Source: a virus
Taxonomy: Duplodnaviria > Caudoviricetes
DNA: 62,700 nt
IMG/VR virus record: IMGVR_UViG_3300048625_000103
Coordinates: 1-62,700 of that record
Reading direction: 5' to 3' (one strand)
This document shows, one piece after another, positions 26,854 through 34,389 of this stretch; position 1 is the first letter of the stretch, and each line of letters starts with the position of its first letter. The notes under the pieces are model-generated. The model did not search any database. It saw only the letters and a list, made by a program, of their open reading frames with translations, and was not told the origin of the DNA. The position numbers and the translations under genes were made by a program.

Positions 26854-27804
26854 TTAGTCCCAGCTTGATGAAGAGTCGCTAGAAGAGCTTCCGCTATCCC
26901 AGCTTGATGAGCTGCTTGAGCTGCTGCTCCATGAACTGGAGCTAGAGCTTGGTGTGTCCCATGAGCTTGACTTGCTTGAGCTGCTGTCGTCCCAGCTTGA
27001 GCTGCGCGATGGAGCGGGTGTATCCCAGCTTGAATCACGAGATGGAGCAGGAACCTCACGGATCACTTCACGCTCGACGACGCGAGTTGTGTCATGGTGA
27101 TGATGGCTCAGCATGTCATTGATCAATATGGCATTCACCAAATCGCTTGATCCTGAGCTGTGATGATGAATCACTGTTTGCGTTGGAGCTGGCGCATAGC
27201 TAGGTGTTGATTGAACGTAGCTTGGTGCTGCTGGAGCCGCGGCAGGTGCTGGCGTTGAGACTGGCTTTGTTTGCTCTTTCTTGGCTGCCGCCTTTTCCTC
27301 TAACTCGCGCTTGAAATCAGCTGCGAATTTTTCACGCAAGGCTCGACCTTCGGCGATGGCTTCTTCTTTTTGCTTGGCTTCTTTTTCACGTCGTGTTTTA
27401 CCAACGTGATACCACCAGACCAAACCAAGGACACCAAAGATCAGAGCCCACTTCAACCATGCGTAGTCATGTTCGTGCACAGGTTCAATCTTGGCTGTGT
27501 TTGGAACAATGGCTTGTTGCAGGTTCTGAACATTGCCGGTACTGGCAAACTTCAGATCAGGGTCTAAGCCGCGCGCCTTATCCAGTGCGAACTGAGCCTT
27601 CTCTTGATTGCCCAAGCCTGCCTGAGCCTGCGACATTGCGTAGTACGCCTTGGCCGACTGTGGGTGGTTCTTGATGATCTCGATCAGGCCCTGCTCTGCG
27701 GCACGGTATTGCTTCTGCTCAATGAGAGATTCGATCTGTTGAAATGACGCTTCCGCAAATGCCGATAAGCAAATGAACGAAAGCAAGAGAAACAGTTTTT
27801 TCAT
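26854..27804 (-). CDS. Signal-peptide TPR protein with TM and Ser-rich SSSWD tail
   Basis: N-terminal signal peptide, TPR-like helices (HPQSAKAYYAMSQA), TM, then low-complexity His/Ser repeats. Confidence 0.75.
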   Translation of the reverse strand: MKKLFLLLSFICLSAFAEASFQQIESLIEQKQYRAAEQGLIEIIKNHPQSAKAYYAMSQAQAGLGNQEKAQFALDKARGLDPDLKFASTGNVQNLQQAIVPNTAKIEPVHEHDYAWLKWALIFGVLGLVWWYHVGKTRREKEAKQKEEAIAEGRALREKFAADFKRELEEKAAAKKEQTKPVSTPAPAAAPAAPSYVQSTPSYAPAPTQTVIHHHSSGSSDLVNAILINDMLSHHHHDTTRVVEREVIREVPAPSRDSSWDTPAPSRSSSWDDSSSSKSSSWDTPSSSSSSWSSSSSSSSSWDSGSSSSDSSSSWD

Positions 27805-28676
27805 GTTGATTCCTTAGTTGATAAATACTGCTGATGCGTTGTGCAAAAAGCAGACACTTGGCAGAAAGATTCGCAGCGTGTGCGTTCTCCCGGCCGGTGC
27901 TCGATGAAATACCCTTTCTCTGGAAGCATGAGGTCTGCTTCTTCGCGGGTATCGTGTACTGATTTAGCGCGTTTGCCACCTTCTTTCATGACGGCAAACT
28001 TTTCGGGTTTGGCCCACATCTCGTCTTCCGTGCAAGGTGCGATCTCGCCATTTGTTTCAACTTCAAAGAAGGCTTCGGTGTGCATGTGAATGCGGTCACG
28101 GATGTACTGTTCGCGATCTTCAAATGTCCACAGTGGGATATCGATCACAACGATAGGTGCTTGTGGGTACGTATCCTTTTGCTTGGCTTCACGGCTGGAC
28201 CAGTCTCGGATGATGGCCACGATCTGGAGCTTCTTAACCTTGATGCCTTTGGTCTTCTCCACCAGAAACGCATAGCCATTGAGCTGGTTGTGCCAGTCTT
28301 GCTTTTCGTTAACTATGGACCACGCGCTGGTAGTTTTATAGTCTGAAAGAATGATTCCATCTTCTTCAATTTCTTGAAGATCAATAGCTCCAGAAATTGT
28401 CATGCCGTCAACTTCAGCAAACACACGTTCTTCAACGATGTGGTTGTCTCCTTTGCCGTGCTCAAGAATATTATGGATTGCAGTGCCAAATAATGACCAC
28501 ACCATTGATGCCGCATCTTCTTCCAAGTCATCCCAGTGCTTACGTTTCAATTGAACAATTCTTGGGCTATTTAAAAGCTCCGTCATTGAAAGGTTTGACT
28601 TACCTTTTGAATACGTGGGCCTAGCCAACACATTCATTACCGTTTCAGGCAAAGAATATTTATTAGTTAATTTCAT
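27801..28676 (-). CDS. PD-(D/E)XK exonuclease (Cas4/RecB-like)
   Basis: GTAIH, SGAIDL, DYKTT, QLNGY motifs and C-terminal Cys cluster; start reassigned to MKLTNK. Confidence 0.85.
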   Translation of the reverse strand: MKLTNKYSLPETVMNVLARPTYSKGKSNLSMTELLNSPRIVQLKRKHWDDLEEDAASMVWSLFGTAIHNILEHGKGDNHIVEERVFAEVDGMTISGAIDLQEIEEDGIILSDYKTTSAWSIVNEKQDWHNQLNGYAFLVEKTKGIKVKKLQIVAIIRDWSSREAKQKDTYPQAPIVVIDIPLWTFEDREQYIRDRIHMHTEAFFEVETNGEIAPCTEDEMWAKPEKFAVMKEGGKRAKSVHDTREEADLMLPEKGYFIEHRPGERTRCESFCQVSAFCTTHQQYLSTKEST

Positions 28677-29391
28677 TTTTACGCTCCAGTTTTTGTTTCG
28701 CAAGATAAGCAAGCCTTGATTGCCTCATCTTTTCTTTTGCTTCTTCTGTGTACTTGTATCCAGTTTTTGACTTTGCTAGTTTTTCTCGCATCGCATCTGA
28801 CTTTGGCTTTCCTTTGCTTGCCTCTGACAGTTTTTTCTTATGCTCTTCTGTTAACTTGACTCCTGTTTTTGATGCGATCATCTTGGCCATTGCATCTGGA
28901 TTAACGCTCACATGTTTCGCCATCATTGCTGCATGAACATGAGGTAATGCTGGCTTACCTTTGTTTAGTGCTGGCTTGCCAAATCTTGGATGCTTTTCTC
29001 CTTTAAGAGCTTCTGATATGCGAGACCTCCACTCTTGGCTCTTAGCTTGTTCACGAACTCTTTCTGTGTGTTTTGAAAGCTGATCTGGTGGCATTTTTCT
29101 TCCTGCTGTGCCCTTTCCTCCTTCGGTGATATTTGCCAGTTCGCATCCCATATCCCTGAAGCAGGCAATCAAAAGTCGCTCATGGTCAAGCGCCTCTTGT
29201 TCTGTTTTCCATCTTGCACAGATCTCTACCGTGCGGCCATGCTTCTTCTCAATGTTGAGCCAGAACTTATTCCTGCCGTGCAGGGTGCTTGCCCGGCTTG
29301 CAATTCCCTTGCCGACATAGAAAACTGATCCATCGCTGGCTTTGCGGTGGATGTATGTGTAAAACATATCAGTCAGTTTCATAGTCGTCAT
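28663..29391 (-). mobile_element. Free-standing GIY-YIG-like homing endonuclease with NUMOD3-type repeats
   Basis: YTYIH...FYVGKG...R, LANITEGG and repeated TEEHKKKLS / SDAMREKLA / TEEAKEKMR. Confidence 0.8.
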
Positions 29392-29501
29392 CTTCCTTTT
29401 CTACTGGCTCACATCCTGAGCCTTTGCACTTGTAGCAACGTGAGCCATCCCACATTCCTTCTCCAGATCCGCTGCATGCAGAGCAGATGTCGTAGCTGTC
29501 G

Positions 29502-30198
29502 TCATCGTTCATTTGGAAATGCCAGTTCAATGGTGATGCGAACTTTTACTGGGATCGCATTCAATGGAGAAATGTCGATCGCAGATTGAGCCGCGGCTTT
29601 GGTTGAGTAAATGTGGAAGCCAAGGTTGTCATCTGATTTCAAGAGACAGTTCTTGCGGTGCTCAATGGCCCATACAACTCGCTTGTGTTTCTTAACTGTT
29701 TTCATTCGTCGTTCTCGATTGGTTCGCAAACAAGATTTGGAAACATCTCGTCGATCTGTCTCACCATCAAAAAGCCATCAGAGACACCCGGAATTTCAAA
29801 CATGCCGAAATACGCATCGAGCCATCTGCACTTCTTCTTTCCTGCTGGGAAGTCTGCATAGAACTCTGCCGAATCGAAACCGTTGTTCTCTGCCCATTTT
29901 TGACATTGATAGATATTCATGCTTCGATGGCCAACAGCTCGTTGATCTTTGCGTCAATCTCCATGACGCGCTTAGAGAAGTCTGCTTGCGCTTTTTCTCG
30001 TTGAGCCTTCAATGCTGCAATCTGGCCGGGACGAGGATCGAAGTTGTCTGGCACTTCAACATCGAAGATGTGCTCCATAACTAACGCTTCATATTCAGAC
30101 AAATATTCCACATTCCCAGACGAAGAAAGCCGGTACTTTGGGGATTTTTCCCATGGGTAGTTGATCTGTACGATGTAACCTTTGATCGTGATTTTCAT
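29502..30198 (-). CDS. Three small coupled hypothetical genes (29917-30198, 29702-29920, 29502-29705)
   Basis: ATGA-type overlaps; first gene has AGGAG RBS below a leftward promoter. Confidence 0.55.
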
Positions 30199-30227
30199 GT
30201 TCACTCCTGTTATGTGTTGGGGACTCG

Positions 30228-30256
30228 AATATAACAGGTTGTTCCCATACCAACAA
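30228..30256 (-). promoter_or_regulatory. Leftward sigma70-like promoter of the recombination operon
   Basis: TTGTTG-17 nt-TATATT with extended -10 TG. Confidence 0.5.
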
Positions 30257-30303
30257 GATATATCGTAAAATGTTTTTGATGGAAAAAGAAAGGTCGATAG
30301 CTT

Positions 30304-30594
30304 ATGTCTAAATACGCAAGACGAGTGGATGAGAATCAAGGTGACATCGTTAAAGCGCTGCGTGCTTGTGGTGCCACGGTGCGTGTGATCTCGCAGGGAG
30401 ACGGCATTCCTGATCTGTTGGTGGGGTATCAGGGGTACACAATTCTGATTGAAGTTAAGGATGGCCAGAAGCCTCCATCGGCGCGCAAGTTGACTGAAGC
30501 TGAGCAGGATTTCTTTGACAAGTGGACTGGCGGCATGTTGGTTATCGTCAATAGCGTGGAAGAGGCGCTTGAAACTCTGAAAAAGTGCTGTTAA
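30304..30594 (+). CDS. VRR-NUC-like PD-(D/E)XK endonuclease
   Basis: GIPDLLVG...IEVK...LTEAEQDF motifs. Confidence 0.8.
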   Translation: MSKYARRVDENQGDIVKALRACGATVRVISQGDGIPDLLVGYQGYTILIEVKDGQKPPSARKLTEAEQDFFDKWTGGMLVIVNSVEEALETLKKCC

Positions 30595-30597
30595 TAT
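30569..30597 (+). promoter_or_regulatory. Sigma70-like promoter of candidate sRNA
   Basis: TTGAAA-17 nt-TAATAT with extended -10 TG. Confidence 0.55.
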
Positions 30598-30603
30598 CGG
30601 GGC

Positions 30604-30681
30604 GCGGTTTGTTCATGGGCCGCTATGTTCCTTAGTTGGTTGGATAGGTGGGCTACCTGACGGGTGGCTCACCTTTTCTTT
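30604..30681 (+). ncRNA. Candidate anti-RBS small regulatory RNA
   Basis: 5' hairpin, single-stranded UUCCUUAGUUGGUUGGA seed and 3' terminator; complementary to RBSs at 32604-32622, 27810-27820 and 23450-23458. Confidence 0.55.
30646..30681 (+). terminator. Intrinsic terminator
   Basis: AGGTGGGCTACC/GGTGGCTCACCT stem followed by TTTCTTT. Confidence 0.7.
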
Positions 30682-30685
30682 CAAC

Positions 30686-31822
30686 ATGAATGAGTCTTGG
30701 GGCAATCCTGCCCAGCTACAGTACAGGGCTCATTCATGTTGGTGGTCAAGGACGAAAGACAAAGGTACACGCTGGGTGCAGAGCAATGTCTTGGCGACCA
30801 TCGAGAACACAGACCCAAACTGCTATTGGCTTACTACTTACTTGGAGACCGCACTATTACGTGCTGTATGGTATCCAACAACCGTAGCCACGCAGAGCTG
30901 GCACATCAAGCAAATCATCAAAGGCTTTCTGGAGAAAACAGGTGATACTTCTCTCATTGATTTTAAGTTGCACGATTTTGGCGCTCGTGGTGCATCTAGC
31001 TTGGAGTCAGCCGCAATTGGTGGTGCCGCTCACCTCGTTAACTTCATGGGTACTGATACTGTTAGCGGCTTGCTCTACGCTCGTAAGTTTTATGATGCTG
31101 GTATTGCTGGCTTTTCCATCCCCGCTGCTGAGCACAGCACCATAACCAGCTGGGGTCGTGCAGGTGAAGTAGACGCCTATCGCAACATGCTCAAGCAGTT
31201 TGGCCAAGCGGGAAAGATCTTTGCCGTGGTGTCCGACAGTTACGACATCTTCAATGCAGCTGCAAAGCTGTGGGGTGAAGAGCTGAAGGATGAGGTGATT
31301 GCAAGCGGTGCGACATTGGTTATCCGTCCCGACAGTGGCGACCCCGTGGTGATCAACAGGCAGTTGATTGATATCCTTGGCCAGAAGTTTGGCTATACGG
31401 TCAACAGCAAGGGCTTTAAGGTTCTCAACCATGTCCGCATGATCCAAGGTGATGGCGTCAATGAGCTGTCTATCCGTTCCATCCTCGGCGCTTTCATGGC
31501 CGCAGGGTGGAGTGCAGACAACATCGCTTTCGGCATGGGTGGTGCACTGCTGCAACAGCTTGATCGTGATACCCAACGCTTTGCCATGAAGTGCTCGTCC
31601 GCTCAGATCAATGGTGAGTGGGTGCCAGTGCAAAAAGACCCGGTGACAGATTCCGGCAAGAAGTCCAAGGCTGGCCGCGTAACTTTGTACAAGAACCATG
31701 AAGGTGAGTTCTTTTCTGGAGTGGAAGATTGGCCAAATCCTGAGCTAAAAACTGTTTACATGAACGGCGTGATGTTCAATCAAATCACGTTTGAGCAGGT
31801 AAGGAAAAACAGCAACAAATGA
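30686..31822 (+). CDS. nadV: Nicotinamide phosphoribosyltransferase (NAMPT/NadV), apparently lacking the N-terminal ~100 aa
   Basis: LHDFGARG, SIPAAEHS, VSDSYD, IRPDSGD, IQGDG, FGMGGALLQ and KDPVTD..KKSK motifs present; the N-terminal DSYK motif is absent; ATG has no SD. Confidence 0.85.
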   Translation: MNESWGNPAQLQYRAHSCWWSRTKDKGTRWVQSNVLATIENTDPNCYWLTTYLETALLRAVWYPTTVATQSWHIKQIIKGFLEKTGDTSLIDFKLHDFGARGASSLESAAIGGAAHLVNFMGTDTVSGLLYARKFYDAGIAGFSIPAAEHSTITSWGRAGEVDAYRNMLKQFGQAGKIFAVVSDSYDIFNAAAKLWGEELKDEVIASGATLVIRPDSGDPVVINRQLIDILGQKFGYTVNSKGFKVLNHVRMIQGDGVNELSIRSILGAFMAAGWSADNIAFGMGGALLQQLDRDTQRFAMKCSSAQINGEWVPVQKDPVTDSGKKSKAGRVTLYKNHEGEFFSGVEDWPNPELKTVYMNGVMFNQITFEQVRKNSNK

Positions 31823-31847
31823 AAAGGGGGCTACGGCCCTCTTTTTT
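31822..31847 (+). terminator. Intrinsic terminator
   Basis: AAAAGGGGGC-TACG-GCCCTCTTTTTT. Confidence 0.8.
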
Positions 31848-31848
31848 A

Positions 31849-31876
31849 TTGCGCGCCGGTTCAGGATATGTATAAT
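31849..31876 (+). promoter_or_regulatory. Sigma70-like promoter
   Basis: TTGCGC-16 nt-TATAAT. Confidence 0.6.
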
Positions 31877-31883
31877 CCAAACC

Positions 31884-32010
31884 GTTGCTGTGAAGGGCGA
31901 CAGGATAGATAGGCCGATTACACATGCGTTCCGCCTTATTTAATGACCGAGTATGCAGAGTCATTACGTAAGGCCTTCACCGGAATGCAGTTGTAATCGG
32001 CTTTTTTGTT
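31884..32010 (+). ncRNA. Structured leader: small hairpin plus long bulged hairpin ending in a U-tract
   Basis: Stems aggccgattaca/tgtaatcggctt, tgcgttccg/cggaatgca, cctta/taagg and taatgac/gtcatta; loop GTGAAGG is complementary to bulge CCTTCAC. Confidence 0.6.
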
Positions 32011-32012
32011 TC

Positions 32013-32151
32013 TGTGTGTTTAATGATGGTGAATGCGTAGGCTGATACGCAACTCTGCTTGGGCCGCTACACATTCCGTGTAGCGCGTGACCTATCCCAA
32101 GGTGAGGAACCAAGCTGGGAATCAGCGCCAGCCATCATCATTAAACACATA
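32013..32151 (+). ncRNA. Multi-way junction RNA with kissing loops
   Basis: 17-19 bp closing stem; hairpins tgcgta/tacgca and gctgg/ccagc carry complementary GCTGA(T) and (A)TCAGC loops. Confidence 0.65.
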
Positions 32152-32505
32152 CCGCCCTCCGCAGCTTCCGTACTCCGCACGATAGCAAGCACCTGCATGG
32201 GTGGCGCGGAAGGAAACACCGTCCCAACAAATCGTAATTGGCCCCCTTTTAGTCGAGCCGGGGGGATGCTGCAAATTATGCGAGGCGGCAAGGAAAATGG
32301 GTAAAGCACGTAAGACGTGAGGGGTAAGACAGAGGTGTCAGGGCGTACCTTAAAGCGCCACCCAGATGGAAAGAGCATACGGCAGAAGATCGCGTATTTT
32401 TGTGATCCAACCGAACTTGGTCGAAGGCAGCAGCTTTTGATGGAGAAGCTACTAAGAACCCTTGTAAACAACACGGGGTCATCTGGTGGCGGCTCGACCC
32501 ATGGC
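32152..32505 (+). ncRNA. Large multi-stem structured region
   Basis: About ten nested stems, including cgccacccagatg/catctggtggcg and atgggt/acccat; no credible ORF. Confidence 0.5.
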
Positions 32506-32626
32506 GAATCAAAATCCAATTGCTTTTCACTATTGCACTTAATTGTCGATAGTTATATTTATGTGTAGCGATGTGTAGATATGTGCTTATTGGTGTATTA
32601 TTCGTCCACCAACTAAGGAGTAACAC

Positions 32627-32941
32627 ATGAAACAGTATTTGAAATTCTTGGAATCTGCCGGAGACTTTTCGGTTCCTTTTGACAAGACGGCACAGCAGGT
32701 TCTTGAAGAGATTGCACTGGTAGAGCTTAGTGATCCATTGACCGTTGGAGAGGCCATGAAGATGCTTCATATCGCATCCCCTGCAACCATCCACCGAAAG
32801 CTCACTGACCTTCTTGCTTTTGGTTACATCAACTTTTTCTACAAGGGTAAGAACCGTCGTACAAAGTATCTCGAGCTGACGCCGCGCGGAATTGCGTATT
32901 TCAATACGATGGAACGTTTTATGTTGAAGGTGGCCAAATGA
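32627..32941 (+). CDS. Winged helix-turn-helix (MarR-like) regulator
   Basis: SPATIHRKLTDLLAFGYI...NRRTKYLELT motif; AAGGAG RBS. Confidence 0.75.
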   Translation: MKQYLKFLESAGDFSVPFDKTAQQVLEEIALVELSDPLTVGEAMKMLHIASPATIHRKLTDLLAFGYINFFYKGKNRRTKYLELTPRGIAYFNTMERFMLKVAK

Positions 32942-33886
32942 GCTTAGACCAAGACATTCAACTTCGTTACATTGACGCCCTTGTTGGACACACCATCAAA
33001 GCAGTGATTGAGAACCCAACTGGAAAGCGTCAGGTTGACATTGTTATCGTCACCGATACAGGTTGCTACCTTGCGCTAAGCGCCGAAGGTGGAAGTTACA
33101 GTTACGATGAAGCCCCGACAATCGAAGTGGAGCCATCGTTTTACGGCTCAAGCGACATACCGCTTGGCGAATACCTAAGTGCGTGGGACTCCTTCGAGAA
33201 TGGATTGATTAACAAAGCAACTTATGAGTTGCTGTTGACCAAAGAGCTGGAAGAAAAAGAAGCAGAGAAAAAAGCCAAGGCGGACCGTTTACGCAAACAG
33301 CTGGCAGAACTTGAAGGAGATTCAAAATGAAGACACCACATCCACACGCAGAGTTGATCAAAGCATGGGCCGATGGCGCACAGATAGAGGAGTACAAGGG
33401 AAGTGGCTTATGGATATATTTGTCAAGTCCAACATGGAATGAAGGAACAAGTTATCGCATCAAGCCAGAGCCAAAGCCTGATGTTGTGTACTACGGTGTT
33501 TTTGGTGATATTGGATCGGCAGCTTTAGAAAGTTGTTTTACAAAATTTAATGACGATGATGAAGACGCATTAAAACTCACGTTTGATGGCAAAACTGGCA
33601 AACTGAAATCGGCAGAGGTTCTATGAAACCAGAGCTTACCTTTGAAGAGTTCTGTGCAAAGCCAATGGATTTGGTGATGCACATGAGCGCGGAGAAAGAG
33701 CACTACCTTCACCGTTGCAATCGTGAGATCGGCGTGACGAAGATTGTCATCACGAAGGTAAAGAAGAATGGTGGATTTGGCAAGTCGTATACGGCTTACA
33801 TGCTGGATGACGACAAGCGAAATTTCACGACATCGGATCAGGTGTACGTGGCATACATGGAACAAGTTTGCGGGGTGAAGTCATGA
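32938..33886 (+). CDS. Three coupled hypothetical genes (32938-33330, 33327-33626, 33623-33886)
   Basis: ATGA overlaps; HPHAELIKAWADG motif in the second gene. Confidence 0.6.
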
Positions 33887-34014
33887 CAGACCGTGAATTA
33901 TTTTTGAAGGCGCTAAACAACGCCATCGCTTGGCAAAACAGATGTGTTGAGCTATACGAATTGCTTGAGATTTTTTGCATGGACGCAGAAGCCGCCCATG
34001 ACATCAGGGAGTAA
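33883..34014 (+). CDS. 43-aa protein, paralogue of 22493-22624 (not in ORF track)
   Basis: MTDRELFLKALNNAIAWQNRCVELYELLEIFCMDAEAAHDIRE. Confidence 0.7.
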   Translation: MTDRELFLKALNNAIAWQNRCVELYELLEIFCMDAEAAHDIRE

Positions 34015-34017
34015 GAC

Positions 34018-34389
34018 ATGAGTGTAGGACGTTATTTGCGAGGCGAAGACCGCCACGTTGGAACTGCAAGGGTTTCTAAAATAAAACAACAAAACACAAA
34101 AGATATTTATCCAATGGATACGCCGCTACCTTGTGATGTGAAAGTTGGTCATGTGACTATTCGCAAAGGTGTCGCACTTCGCACATTGGTAATGCGGATG
34201 CAGGTGCTTTATGACATGGCACAACAACGCCCGTCACGAAGTGACATAAAGCCGCTGACGGATGAGGAAATGTATCTGGCAATTCGTCCGCTATACAAGA
34301 CGGACGCCTTGGCAAATGCCGCACTTTCTTTGAGTAAAGATGAGTATCGAGCAATCGAAGCCGCCACGACATTAAGGATTAAGACATGA
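34018..34389 (+). CDS. Modular hypothetical protein (KPLTDEE...RAIEAA)
   Basis: Shares modules with 22628-23443 and 37050-37754. Confidence 0.55.
   Translation: MSVGRYLRGEDRHVGTARVSKIKQQNTKDIYPMDTPLPCDVKVGHVTIRKGVALRTLVMRMQVLYDMAQQRPSRSDIKPLTDEEMYLAIRPLYKTDALANAALSLSKDEYRAIEAATTLRIKT

Noticed and set aside
26854-27040. tcccagcttga DNA repeats as a non-coding array
   Set aside because: They are the codons of SSWD repeats in the TPR protein tail.
27801-28676. Cas4 of a CRISPR system
   Set aside because: No array or other cas genes; sits in an operon with erf and an SSB-like gene, so it fits a recombination exonuclease.
31880-32510. tRNA or tmRNA genes
   Set aside because: No T-loop GTTCRA in a cloverleaf with an acceptor stem recognised by eye; tRNAscan or ARAGORN would settle it.
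32059-32794. ORFs 32059-32304, 32067-32519, 32276-32794 and 32317-32568
   Set aside because: No clear RBS or protein motifs; they overlap strong RNA-like structure or a real gene.
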